Source of the DNA: Candidatus Marinacidobacterales bacterium | GTDB taxonomy: Bacteria > Acidobacteriota > Vicinamibacteria > Marinacidobacterales > SMYC01 | Direction of reading: 5' to 3' | DNA: 64,000 nt | Assembly: GCA_965237955.1 (NCBI GenBank) | Contig: OZ250169.1 | Location: forward strand, 5,280,001 to 5,344,000 | Shown: positions 51,706 through 62,289 of the stretch, piece by piece | Numbering within the stretch: the stretch's first letter is position 1 | Layout of the letters: every line of letters starts with the position of its first letter | Translations under genes and position numbers: made by a program | Notes under the pieces: model-generated | What the model was told of the DNA's origin: nothing | The model's input: the letters and a program-made list of their open reading frames with translations, nothing else | Database searches by the model: none

Positions 51706-53055
51706 GACGTGCCCCCTTCGATGATTCGGCCTCTCGCCTCTTCGAGCTCCTCCAATGCGGTACGGAGGTGTCTTCGCTTGAAGAACCAGCTCCGTGCGGC
51801 GCGCGCGCTCGCGCGGCGTGACGCTTCGAGATCCTCGACCGCAAGCGGATGGAGACCGCCGCCGGCGAGGTCGGTAATGGCGTCCTCGATCTCGGCGTCG
51901 GCGAGCTCGATACCTTCTCGGCTCGGTCCATGGTCCAAGTTCTGTTGCAGCTGTTCGACGCTGAGTCGGATATTCTCGAGCGCGTTGATCACACGTAAGA
52001 ACGCCGCGACGGCGACTGTCTGGGTCGCATCCAGACGGATGCCGATCCCGTTGGGATCCGCGGCCGCCAGGGCTTGCCCGGAGGGTGAGTTGTTGAAAGC
52101 GTCGCCGCTATAGAATGCGACCGCCCCTTCGATGGTTTCGACCGAGTTGTTGTGGAAGAACGGCGGCGTATCGGCGGCCTCGACCAGAGTTGGGGTGTTG
52201 AACTGTCCGTTGCCGGGTGAGCCGAAGCCGTCGTCGCGCGGAATGAACTCACCGGTGAGACGCGCGGGTTGGTCGGGCAAGTCCTCGACCCCGGTGTCGA
52301 AATTCGCGTTGCCGAGGTCTTGTCCCCCGATGTTCGCGTTGGCGCCGGCGTTGACGTGGCAGATGTTGCACTTGCCGAGTGAGTTGTCGACAAAGATCTC
52401 TTGTCCGCGGACAGGCACGACACCGGTGAGGGGAAGCGGCAGCTCGATCTCGGACTGGCGTCCCAGGGAAAACTGGAACGCTTCGAGGGCGTCGAGCTCA
52501 TCGTCCGTCGGTAGTCGAAAGTCGACACCCGCAACCCGGTTCAACGTTTTTGGGAAGTGCTGGATAACGGCTCCGGTGGCGAACGAGCGAAGCGAGCCGT
52601 CTCCGGGTGAGCCGTCGCCGGACCAACCTAGATGGGGCCCCTGCGGGCTGTCGATCGATGTTCTGAGAGCGAACGTATGCGGGATGCCGCGCATGACGAA
52701 CTTGTTCTCGAGATCGCTGAAGCCGTCCAGATTCTCGAGAATGAGCCCGAATTGCCGCATGAGCTCGGGACGCTCCAACGTGGCGAGCACCGGGTTGAGC
52801 TCGGCGACGAACAGCGGATCGTCATCCGGAAGAGCGGCGATGAACGCTGCGTCGAGGGTGAAGTTGTTCTCCGCGGGATGACAGCTGCCGCAAGTTCTAC
52901 CGTTGCCGTCGAACGTTTCGTTGAAGAAGAGATAACGTCCCTCGGCGATCAGCTGTTCCTGGGGTCAGTGCCGAGGTTTCAGGAGTTTGGGCGAGCGCGA
53001 GCCCGGCGAGCACGATTCCGCTCAGAGTCACCAGGAAGTAGTGCAGACGAATCAT
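51702..53055 (-). CDS. Diheme cytochrome c peroxidase/MauG superfamily protein (1-nt frameshift in a C run at about 52962)
   Basis: Signal peptide MIRLHYFLV...ALA; CGSCH, CNICH and FNTPTL...PPFFHN...FY motifs. Confidence 0.8.
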
Positions 53056-53302
53056 GGGCACTTCTCTTTCAAAGCCCGCGTGGGAGAGATGAGAGTCGTG
53101 GATTACCGGGTGAGAGTTGATTCTGTGATGCGGATCACCACGCGGCCAACCTGTGATTAGTTGCTTTACCTCGACCGGCGCGCGTCAAGGAGAACGTAAT
53201 TGCGAACAGCCGGATTGTAGCACAGCGATTTCCACATAGACCAGAACCTTAGAACCGGACTACCTAACCTACCTGGGTTAAGCCTGGGTTAGAATTTGCC
53301 CG

Positions 53303-54946
53303 ATGAAAAAAATATTGTGGCTGCCTCTGTTCTTCGCCGCAGCCTGCCAGCCCCGCGAAGCCGATCGTTTCCGGGTGGTCGAGGCGACCATCGCCGATAT
53401 TCAAGAAGCCGTTCTCTCCGGACGGACGACATGCCGTGGGGTGGTGCAGGCGTATCTCGAGCGCATCGAGGCCTATGACCAGCCCACCGGTCTCAACGCG
53501 ATTACGGTGGTGAACCCCAATGCCTTGGAAACCGCCGATGCGATCGATCGCGCGATCGCGAACGCTAAGGACGACGAGCTCGGACCGCTCTTTTGCGCTC
53601 CCATCCTCGTGAAGGACAACTTCGACACCCACGACCTGCCGACGACCGGGGGATCGATTGCGCTCATGGACAGCATCCCGCCGGACGATGCGTTCATGGT
53701 GCGAAAGCTTCGCGAGGCGGACGCGATCGTCATCGCCAAGACCAACATGGCGGAGTGGGCGTTCAGTCCCCGTCGTACCGAGAGCTCGTCCTACGGCACC
53801 ACCGCGAATGCGTACGCGCTCGATCGCGTTCCCGCGGGCTCGAGCGGAGGCACCGCGTCGGGCGTCGCGGCGAGCTTCGGCGTGGCCGGACTTGGCTCGG
53901 ATACCGGTAACTCCATCCGTGGTCCATCATCGCACCTTGCGCTTTTCGGGATCCGCTCGACGATCGGTCTCACGAGCCGCGACGGTGTCATTCCCCTCGC
54001 TTTCGATCGTGATATCGCGGGCCCGTTGACGCGAACCGTCGAAGACGGGGCCAGGGTCTTCGACGTCGTTGCCGGCTACGATCCCGCGGACTTCTACACC
54101 GAGCTCGGAAAAGGCAGACGCGAGGCCGATTACACGAGCTTTCTACGCGCGGACGGTCTCGAAGGAGCGCGCCTTGGAGTTTTGCGTGCTCTCGTGGATA
54201 CCGAGGATGCCGCCGCCGAAGTCATCGCGTTGTTCGAGGTAGCACTCGAGGAGCTCCGTGCCGCGGACGCGGAGATTATCGACCCGGTTGTGATCGACAA
54301 CTTCGCTTCTCACCTAGATGCGAGCAACGGGTGCCCGCGCTTCCGCTACGACATGTTCGTCTATCTGCAATCCCTGGGCGATGACGCGCCTATTGAAGAC
54401 GTGATGGAGGCGTACGAGAACGGCGATTATTCGGACTACGTCGCGAGCCGGCTCGAGCGCCATCAGGACCGACCGCTCGACGTGGCGCCTGCCGACTGGG
54501 ATCCTCCGTGTCCCGACTATGCCGATCATCCTGGCCGTCAGGCATATTTGGCGGACGTCGTTGCAGCGATGGATGCCTCGGGCGTGGATGCGCTCCTCTA
54601 TCCGACGTGGACGAATCCTCCCGCCCATATCGACCGGCCGAGCGAAGAGTACAAAGGCGACAACAGTCAGCTGGTCGCGCCGGCGACGGGCATGCCCGCC
54701 GTGACCGTGCCCATTGGTTATTCATACGACGGCCTTCCCGCCGGGCTTCAGATCTTGGGACGACCTTATGCGGAGGGTCGCCTCATCGAGCTCGCCTACG
54801 CGTACGAGCAGGCGACCCATCACCGGCTAGTCCCCCGGATCTTTGATTACTATACAAAGTTAGGCTTTTCGCCAGCCCATAAGATCCATAAGATTCATGC
54901 ACTTAGAAGTGTTTCGGCAAGCTCTGCTTTATCTAGTTTGTTCTGA
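53303..54946 (+). CDS. Amidase-signature family lipoprotein with MITE-derived C-terminus
   Basis: Lipobox AAAC; VKDN, GSSGG and GSDTGNSIRGP motifs; native stop stranded at 54989-54991. Confidence 0.92.
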   Translation: MKKILWLPLFFAAACQPREADRFRVVEATIADIQEAVLSGRTTCRGVVQAYLERIEAYDQPTGLNAITVVNPNALETADAIDRAIANAKDDELGPLFCAPILVKDNFDTHDLPTTGGSIALMDSIPPDDAFMVRKLREADAIVIAKTNMAEWAFSPRRTESSSYGTTANAYALDRVPAGSSGGTASGVAASFGVAGLGSDTGNSIRGPSSHLALFGIRSTIGLTSRDGVIPLAFDRDIAGPLTRTVEDGARVFDVVAGYDPADFYTELGKGRREADYTSFLRADGLEGARLGVLRALVDTEDAAAEVIALFEVALEELRAADAEIIDPVVIDNFASHLDASNGCPRFRYDMFVYLQSLGDDAPIEDVMEAYENGDYSDYVASRLERHQDRPLDVAPADWDPPCPDYADHPGRQAYLADVVAAMDASGVDALLYPTWTNPPAHIDRPSEEYKGDNSQLVAPATGMPAVTVPIGYSYDGLPAGLQILGRPYAEGRLIELAYAYEQATHHRLVPRIFDYYTKLGFSPAHKIHKIHALRSVSASSALSSLF

Positions 54947-54959
54947 TACAGGGGACTAG
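54827..54959 (+). mobile_element. MITE copy 3 (core 54831-54955, CTAG on both sides)
   Basis: Near-identical to copies 1 and 2; inserted in the amidase 3' end. Confidence 0.92.
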
Positions 54960-55045
54960 CGCCGGAGCAGTTCGGCGAGCTCACACGGTAGATCGTAGAG
55001 CTCGTCTCGTCAATGCCTTCGAGATCGGCGTTTGTCCGCTCCGTG

Positions 55046-55714
55046 TCAGGACTCGATGAGACCATCGCGGAGACGAATCGCGCGCTCCGCGTGCTCCGCC
55101 ACTTCCTGTTCATGGGTGACGACGATCAGTGTATGCCCTTGGCGATGGAGCTCGTCGAAGAGCGCCAGAATCTCGGCTCCCGTGGCCGAATCGAGGTTGC
55201 CGGTGGGCTCGTCGGCGAGCACGATCGACGGGTCGTTGACGAGGGCGCGCGCGATGGCGACTCGCTGGCGCTGACCGCCCGACAGCTCGTTGGGTCGATG
55301 GTCGAGCCGGTCTCCGAGATCCACGCGCTCGAGAGCCGTCCGCGCGCACGCGCGGCGCTCCTCCGCAGGCACGCCTCGGTACACGAGCGGTAGCTCGACA
55401 TTGCGCAGCGCCGCGGCGCGCGGCAACAGCTGAAACGTCTGAAAGACGAACCCGATCTCGCGATTGCGCACGTGGGCGAGCTCGTCGTCTTCCATGGTGC
55501 TCACCTCCCTGCCGTTCAGGCGATAGGAGCCTTTCGTGGGGGTGTCCAAACAACCGACCAGGTTCATCAGTGTCGATTTTCCGGAGCCCGATGGCCCCAT
55601 GATAGCCACGTAATCACCTTTCTCGACCGTGACGTCCACCCCGGCGAGGGCGTGGATCTCCTCCGCACCCATGACATAGCTCTTCCAAAGACCGCGCGCT
55701 TCGATCAAACTCAT
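55046..55714 (-). CDS. ABC transporter ATP-binding protein (LolD/MacB type)
   Basis: [32 protein letters not shown] and VTH motifs. Confidence 0.95.
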   Translation of the reverse strand: MSLIEARGLWKSYVMGAEEIHALAGVDVTVEKGDYVAIMGPSGSGKSTLMNLVGCLDTPTKGSYRLNGREVSTMEDDELAHVRNREIGFVFQTFQLLPRAAALRNVELPLVYRGVPAEERRACARTALERVDLGDRLDHRPNELSGGQRQRVAIARALVNDPSIVLADEPTGNLDSATGAEILALFDELHRQGHTLIVVTHEQEVAEHAERAIRLRDGLIES

Positions 55715-55791
55715 CCGATGGGATTGTAGCTTGTACCACCCGGTTGCGGGCGACGGTGGCGCACACTAGCATGCTCTTGCAAGGAAACAGC

Positions 55792-57027
55792 ATGCGGAAG
55801 CAATTCGCCTCGTTCCACTCACGGGCGGGCGTGTCTCTGGTGATAGCACACGTTATCGGCTCCGTCGCGTGCTCCGGAATAGAGGCGGATCCGGCGACCG
55901 AAAACACGACGGAGGCGGTCTTCGAAGAGCTCCGAATCCGGCGAGGATTGTTCCGAGAGCGCGTCTTCCTCACGGGAACCCTGGAAGCGACACGAGGGGT
56001 GCGCATCACCCCCCCACGAACCCCGACGTGGCAGGTCCAAATTCGTTGGATGGAAGAGGACGGCGCCAACGTTACGGCTGGACAAAAAATCGTCGAGCTC
56101 GACAACTCCGCCTTCGCCGCCGACCTCGAGTCGAAGCACCTGGCCGCACGCAAAGAAGAAAAGGAGCTCGAGCAGCAGAAGGCGCAAGCGGACGCCAAAG
56201 CCGCCGAGCTCGGTTTCGCCGTCTCCCAACGTCTGGTGGAGCTGGCAAAAGCGGAGATCGAAATCGACATTCCCCGGGAGCTCATCCCCGTTCGGGAATA
56301 CCAGGAAAAGCAGCTCGCCATGGAGCGCGCGCGAACTGCCCTGGGGAAGGCCGAGGAAGAGCTCCGCACTCACCATCGAACGACCGAGCAAGATCTGGCG
56401 ATTCAGCAGATCAATTTACGGAAGACTCGTTACGAAATCCGCATCGCCGAGAAGGCCATCTCCGAGCTGGTCCTCGAGGCAACGCGCGATGGCGTGCTGA
56501 TCATCGGCGACGTCCGGCGCGAAAACCGCAAGCTCCAGGTGGGCGACACGGTGTGGCCCGGGTACGTGGTCGCGCGCATCCCCGACCTCAGCGAGATGCA
56601 GGTGGTTGCGCAGTTGAGCGACGTCGACGACGGGCGCGTGCAGGTCGGTGCGGAAGCTGTCGTTCGGCTCGACAGTTATCCCGAGCTCACGTTCCCGGGT
56701 GTCGTTCGCGATATCACTCCGATCGCACGAGAAACGAGCCCTCGCTCGCTCCGGCGCGCTTTTCGAGTGCGGGTCGCCCTCGAGCAAACGGACCCCGAGA
56801 AGATGCGACCGGGCATGGCAGCCCAAGTCGAGGTCCATATGCAAGGACTCGAGGACGTATTGCTCGTCCCGCGGGCGGGGCTCGATCTGTCGCGCTCACC
56901 TCCACAGGCGTTGCTCGAAAGCGGCGAAAGCGTTTCCGTCGAGCTCGGTCTCTGCAACAGCTTCGAGTGCGTGTGCGTGGGCGGGCTCGACGAAGGTGCG
57001 AGGCTCCGACCGAGGACCGGTTCATGA
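55792..57027 (+). CDS. Periplasmic adaptor / membrane-fusion protein 1
   Basis: Lipoyl halves flanking a coiled coil; IPDLSEM and MRPGM motifs. Confidence 0.85.
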   Translation: MRKQFASFHSRAGVSLVIAHVIGSVACSGIEADPATENTTEAVFEELRIRRGLFRERVFLTGTLEATRGVRITPPRTPTWQVQIRWMEEDGANVTAGQKIVELDNSAFAADLESKHLAARKEEKELEQQKAQADAKAAELGFAVSQRLVELAKAEIEIDIPRELIPVREYQEKQLAMERARTALGKAEEELRTHHRTTEQDLAIQQINLRKTRYEIRIAEKAISELVLEATRDGVLIIGDVRRENRKLQVGDTVWPGYVVARIPDLSEMQVVAQLSDVDDGRVQVGAEAVVRLDSYPELTFPGVVRDITPIARETSPRSLRRAFRVRVALEQTDPEKMRPGMAAQVEVHMQGLEDVLLVPRAGLDLSRSPPQALLESGESVSVELGLCNSFECVCVGGLDEGARLRPRTGS

Positions 57028-58247
57028 GACGAGGAATCGACCGCCGCGCCCTGCGCAGGGTTCTCGTGGCCGTCGGCCTCGTCGTCCTCGTCGGTGGCGG
57101 CTGGTGGATGGCGCGCGGCGCCGGCGGGTCCCGAGCGTCGGATTGGGCCGTTGTCGAGCGCGGGAACCTCGTCATCAGTATTGAAGTAGAGGGCACGCTG
57201 GCAGCGGTGCACTCACACCTGCTGACACCACCCGCGTTCTCGAGGAGGTGGGAGTACAAGATCTCCAGCATGGCTCCCGACGGAACCGAAGTGAAGGAGG
57301 GCGATCCCGTGCTCGCGTTCGACACGTCCGAGCTCGAGCGCCTCCTTCTGGATATGACGGCCGCGCTCGACTCTGCCGAAAAGGAAATCGAAAAGAAGCG
57401 CACGAACATCGTCATCCGTCGGCGCGACGACGAGCTTCGGCTGGCGGAAGCACGAGCGAACCTGGAGAAAGCCGCGCTGAAGCTCGACCGACCCGAGGAG
57501 CTCGTCGCGGCAAGGGAGATCGCAACGCTTATGCTCGACCGCGACCTCGTCCAAAAAGAGGTGGCCTATCTTGAGAAACGGAGGCGACTACTCGATGAGG
57601 CTGATGAGGTGGAGCTTAGCATTGTGCGGGAGGAGAGGGACCAGGCCGCGCTTCGGGTGCGCGAGCTCAAAAGCGGCATCGAGCGCATGACGCTCAGCGC
57701 ACCTCGCGACGGCACGGTCATTCATGTGACCGACCGGCGAGGCGAGAAGAAACGAATAGGCGACGCCGTCTGGCGACGGGATCGGGTCTTGGAAATCCCC
57801 GATCTCACCTTGATGATGGCACGAGGCATCGTCGACGAAGCCGACGCCGGCCGGCTCGCGTTGGGACAGCGCGCCGAGCTACGGCTGGATGCTTATCCCG
57901 ACTCGACGTTTGCCGGCTCCATCAGCAAGCTCGCAAAAACCGTTCAACCGAAGACGAGGAACTCTCCGCTCCGAGTCGTTCGTATCGACATCGCGCTCGA
58001 CGAGACCGATCGGGACCGCATGCGCCCCGAGATGCGATTCCGCGGCACTATCGAAGTCGAGAGACACGAGGACGTGCTTCTCGCTCCCGTGAGCTCTATC
58101 CGTCAAACCGCATCCGGCGCTACGGTCCACAGACGATCGATCTCGGGCACTCGAGAGCGACCGATCGAGCTCGGTAAACGGAACAACGAGAAGGTGGAGA
58201 TCGTCCGCGGAGTCTCCGAGGGCGACCAGGTGTTGACGCGACGGTGA
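57024..58247 (+). CDS. Periplasmic adaptor / membrane-fusion protein 2
   Basis: N-terminal TM; DGTEVKEGD, APRDG and MRPEM motifs. Confidence 0.87.
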   Translation: MRRGIDRRALRRVLVAVGLVVLVGGGWWMARGAGGSRASDWAVVERGNLVISIEVEGTLAAVHSHLLTPPAFSRRWEYKISSMAPDGTEVKEGDPVLAFDTSELERLLLDMTAALDSAEKEIEKKRTNIVIRRRDDELRLAEARANLEKAALKLDRPEELVAAREIATLMLDRDLVQKEVAYLEKRRRLLDEADEVELSIVREERDQAALRVRELKSGIERMTLSAPRDGTVIHVTDRRGEKKRIGDAVWRRDRVLEIPDLTLMMARGIVDEADAGRLALGQRAELRLDAYPDSTFAGSISKLAKTVQPKTRNSPLRVVRIDIALDETDRDRMRPEMRFRGTIEVERHEDVLLAPVSSIRQTASGATVHRRSISGTRERPIELGKRNNEKVEIVRGVSEGDQVLTRR

Positions 58248-59527
58248 GCAGACAACGTCTCGTCGCTGCACTCGTCGGTGGCCTCGCGATCGTCGGTGTC
58301 GTTGCGATCACTCTCTACGAATCCAGTGAAGAAACAGTTCCGCTCCTCGAGGTTCGCATGGAACCGTTCCAGCAGCGGATCACCGCGGAAGGTGTGCTCG
58401 AAGCCGTGCGCTCGACGCCCCTGTCGTCGCCGCCACGGACCGAAGGCCCGGCCAAGATCGCGTGGATGGTCGAAGACGGGATCGTCGTCGAGCAAGGGGA
58501 CATCATCGTACGCTTCGATCCCACCGAACGAGAACGAGAGCTTCTGGAAGGAGAGGTGGCGCTTTCCACGGTCGAGAGCAAAATCCTGCAGAGCCAGGCC
58601 CAGACCGAGGCCTCGTTGCACGACGTGGAGCGCGACCGCCAACTGGCCCAGTTCGAGCTCGATATGGCCCGGAACTTCTCGAGCAAGGATCCGGAAATCT
58701 TCTCCCGGATGGAGATCATCGAAGCACAGATCGACGAAGAGCTGGCGGGTCTCAAACTCGAGCACGCCGAAGGCAGCGAACAGATCCAGGAGAGTCTCTC
58801 CGCGTCCGAAATGAAGCTTTTCAACATCGAAAGAACTCAGGCGGAGGTGAAGATTCGTCAGGCCAACGATGCGCTCAACGCTCTCGAAGTTCGCGCACCG
58901 CACGACGGCATCGTGATCTTCGTGAGGGATTGGCGCGGTAACATAAAGCAAGTTGGAGACACGGTCTACTCGAGACAGGCCATCGCCGAGCTTCCGGCCC
59001 TGGACATCATGAAGGCGGACATCTACGTGCTCGAAGCCGACGCGGGCGGACTCCAGGAGGGCCGTCCGGCAGAGCTTATCGTAGAGGCGGCACCCGAGCG
59101 TTCTTTCAGCGCGACGATCCGATACGTCGATCGTATGCCGAAGCCCAAAGTCCGCGGCGTTCCGGTTCAATACTTCTCGGTGACGCTGGGCCTGGAAGAA
59201 ACCGATCCCGAGATCATGAAGCCGGGGCAACGGGTGCGGGCCACGCTTGTCCTCGTCGAGAGCGATGCCGCTATCGTCGTCCCGCGTCAGGCCGTCTTCG
59301 AAAAGGAAGGCAAGAAGTTCGTCTATCGGGTCGTCCATCGGCGGGGCGGGTCCGGCTTCGAGGAAGTCGAGGTGAGACTCGGGCCGTCTTCTTTTGGGCG
59401 GGTCGTGCTCGAGGACGGTATTTCCGAAGGCGATACGATTGCGCTTCGCGATCCGGCGCGATCCCGCCGGGCGCTCGTGCCGGGTGCCGGCGAAAGCGCT
59501 TCCGATACGACTCCGAGCTTCCCATGA
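58244..59527 (+). CDS. Periplasmic adaptor / membrane-fusion protein 3
   Basis: N-terminal TM; DG..VEQGD, APHDG and MKPGQ motifs. Confidence 0.87.
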   Translation: MSRQRLVAALVGGLAIVGVVAITLYESSEETVPLLEVRMEPFQQRITAEGVLEAVRSTPLSSPPRTEGPAKIAWMVEDGIVVEQGDIIVRFDPTERERELLEGEVALSTVESKILQSQAQTEASLHDVERDRQLAQFELDMARNFSSKDPEIFSRMEIIEAQIDEELAGLKLEHAEGSEQIQESLSASEMKLFNIERTQAEVKIRQANDALNALEVRAPHDGIVIFVRDWRGNIKQVGDTVYSRQAIAELPALDIMKADIYVLEADAGGLQEGRPAELIVEAAPERSFSATIRYVDRMPKPKVRGVPVQYFSVTLGLEETDPEIMKPGQRVRATLVLVESDAAIVVPRQAVFEKEGKKFVYRVVHRRGGSGFEEVEVRLGPSSFGRVVLEDGISEGDTIALRDPARSRRALVPGAGESASDTTPSFP

Positions 59528-60759
59528 GCTTCGCCGAGACGTTCCGGGACGCGATCGATAGCCTGACGGCGCACAAGCTACGTGCCGGCCTCAGCATGCT
59601 CGGAATGATCTTCGGCGTCGGCGCGGTCATCGCGATGCTCTCCATCGGCGAAGGCGCCGAGCGTCAGGCCCTCGAAATGATCGAGCGCCTCGGGCTTCGC
59701 AACATCGTCGTCGATGCCAAGGACCTCGCCCGAGAGGACCTGATGGAGATTCGGGAAAAATCGCCCGGACTCACGAACCGCGACATCGATGCTATTCGGG
59801 AGGCGGTTTCAGGGGTCGAATGGGTGGCGCCCCGAGTCAAAGTGGAGCCTTACAAGGTCATGACCGCAGGCGCCAAGACCGACGCCATGGCCTACGGGGT
59901 TTCGCATCATCACTTCGAGCTCACAAGCGTGGGAGTGGCGGAAGGGCGCTCTCTCGATCCGCTCGATGAGCAAACCCACGCTCAGGTGGCCGTCATCGGC
60001 GCCAAGGTTCGCCAGGATCTTTTCGGGTACGACGCGGCTCTCGGCCAGACGCTGAAAGTCAACGATGTCTGGTTGGAGGTGGTCGGCGTCCTCGCCTCCG
60101 ACACGAGCGGCGCCCAGTCGTTTCAAGGAGTTCAGCTGAGCTCCACCGCGGGCGAGATCTACATGCCCTATTCGACGGCTCTACGGAAGTTCGATCACCC
60201 ACCGCTCGACTCGCCGCTCGATCAAATCGTCGTGAGAGTTGCGGGAGACGCGTCCCCATGGGAGACCACGGCCGTGATCGAACCTTTGCTCGAGCTTCTG
60301 CACGGAGGTGCTCGAGACTACACCATCATCGTCCCGGAAGCGCTTCTGGAGCAGAGCCGGCGCACCCAGCGACTCTTCAAGATCGTCATGGGCTGTATTG
60401 CCGGGATCTCGCTCCTGGTGGGCGGCATCGGGATCATGAACATCATGCTTGCGAGCGTTCTCGAGCGAACGAGGGAGATCGGTGTGCGCCGCGCCGTCGG
60501 AGCCCGTCGCGACGATATCCGCTTCCAATTCATCGTGGAGTCGTTTTCCATTAGCCTCATCGGGGGGCTCGCCGGCATTTTCATGGGCCTGGCCATCGCC
60601 CACGTGGTTGCCTTCTACGCCGAATGGCCGACGGTCGTAACCCCGTGGTCGATCCTTCTTTCGAGTGGCGTCTCGGTGACGGTCGGCGTCGTCTCCGGTC
60701 TCTACCCCGCGAGCCGAGCCGCGGAGCTCGACCCGGTCGTGGCGCTCGGCTACGAGTAG
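59524..60759 (+). CDS. MacB/FtsX-family ABC permease
   Basis: LGMIFGVGAVIAM, GGIGIMNIML.SV.ERTREIG and YPA.RAA.LDP motifs. Confidence 0.95.
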   Translation: MSFAETFRDAIDSLTAHKLRAGLSMLGMIFGVGAVIAMLSIGEGAERQALEMIERLGLRNIVVDAKDLAREDLMEIREKSPGLTNRDIDAIREAVSGVEWVAPRVKVEPYKVMTAGAKTDAMAYGVSHHHFELTSVGVAEGRSLDPLDEQTHAQVAVIGAKVRQDLFGYDAALGQTLKVNDVWLEVVGVLASDTSGAQSFQGVQLSSTAGEIYMPYSTALRKFDHPPLDSPLDQIVVRVAGDASPWETTAVIEPLLELLHGGARDYTIIVPEALLEQSRRTQRLFKIVMGCIAGISLLVGGIGIMNIMLASVLERTREIGVRRAVGARRDDIRFQFIVESFSISLIGGLAGIFMGLAIAHVVAFYAEWPTVVTPWSILLSSGVSVTVGVVSGLYPASRAAELDPVVALGYE

Positions 60760-61030
60760 GGTGGCGCCATCAGGACGAGATGAGTGACTACCTCTGTCGG
60801 ACATGAGACGTCGACCGATGATAGCTCCCGCGAGCCGACGCCCGCAGTCAGTCGTGCTCGGGTCCTGGAGGGAAAGCGCCTTGCGCGCGAGGTCGTCGCC
60901 GCGACCAAGGATGACTTGTCACCCGCGTCCTGTCCAAAAACACGAACGAACTCAAGACCCGCGTCAGCCGGGGCGTTTCGGATAGACGCGTCTACGCTTG
61001 CTTCGCCAAGGGAAGCTAGAATGCACCGTC

Positions 61031-62113
61031 ATGAGCACGCCGATCCAACCCTGGACGTTCTTGGTCGTCGCCGTGGCTGGTTGGATCCAGCGTGACCAAC
61101 AGGCCGCTATCGTCTACTTGCTCGAGGAGAACAGAGTCCTCAAAGCTCGGGTTCGCGGGAGGAACTTCGCTTCACCGACGACGAGCGACGTCGGCTCGCG
61201 ACAAAGGCTAAGGAGCTTGGCCGGAAACTCTTGGTCGAAGTCGCCGGTATCGTCACCCCGGACACTCTCTTGGCCTGGCACCGAAGGCTCATTGCGCGGA
61301 AGTGGGACGAAAGCGGAGCGGCGGAAACAGCTCGGACGACCCCGGGTGATGGTCGAGATTACCGAGCTCGTCGTGGCCATGGCGAAGTCGAATCCGAAGT
61401 GGGGCTATACACGAATTCGCGGCGCACTCTCGAATCTCGGTCATACCGTTGCCAGAAGCACGGTCGCGACTATCCTACGAGAGCACGGCATCGAGCCCGC
61501 GCCCGAGAGAGGTGAGCGGACGCCGTGGCGCACATTTCTGACCGCCCATTGGGAAAGCGTCGCGGCCACCGACTTCTTCACCGTCGAGGTCGCCACGTTC
61601 CGCAGGCTCGTGACCTACTACGTGCTCATCGTCGTCGAGCTCTCTTCGCGAAAAGTGCACATTGCTGGAATCACTCCCGGGCCTGACAGCGCTTTCATGA
61701 TGCAGGTAGGCCGTAATCTCACCGACCCAGTCGACGGCTTTCTGCTCGGCAAGCGCTTCCTCGTCCTGGACCGTGACAAGAAGTTCACCTCGGACTTTCG
61801 GGACTTGATCGAGGAGGCCGGAACGGACGTCATTCGGCTGCCGTACCGTTCCCCGAATTTGAACGCTCACGTCGAAAGGTTTATTTTGTCGATCAAAAGC
61901 GAGTGCCTGAATCGGATGATCTTCTTCGGTGAGCAATCGCTTCGCCGGGCCGTCACCGAATTTATTTGTCATTATCATAGAGAGCGAAATCATCAAGGGC
62001 TGGAGAACGCGTTGATCGAAGCGGACGAGCGCCTCGGCAGTCTCCACGGGAACGTGCGATGTTGCAAGCGATTGGGCGGCTTGCTCAGTTATTACCGCCG
62101 CGACGCCGCATAG
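61031..62113 (+). mobile_element. Integrase-core (rve) transposase with two compensating frameshifts (about 61163 and 61310)
   Basis: [30 protein letters not shown] and RLGGLL.YY motifs; [10 protein letters not shown] lies in a shifted frame. Confidence 0.85.
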
Positions 62114-62289
62114 GAGTTCTGGCAAGCAAACTAGACGAAACGGATGGCCTGGAGGAGAGGTCTGCTCGGGATCGCCTATCGCGAGTAGGACACGCGCACT
62201 TCCGCATCGGGATACCCAACCCGCTGCCGCCCTACCTCGAGGCGCCCGGCTAGAGTAGAATCGAACAACCTTATTTCAGGAGACCGTCC

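Noticed and set aside
42140-54959. Repeated 125-bp unit as a CRISPR or ncRNA array
   Set aside because: The copies are dispersed, have terminal IRs and target repeats, and interrupt genes; there are no spacers or cas genes.
55869-58247. 792-aa ORF suggesting a giant adaptor
   Set aside because: The first 385 aa are an off-frame overlap of adaptor 1; the real start is ATG 57024.
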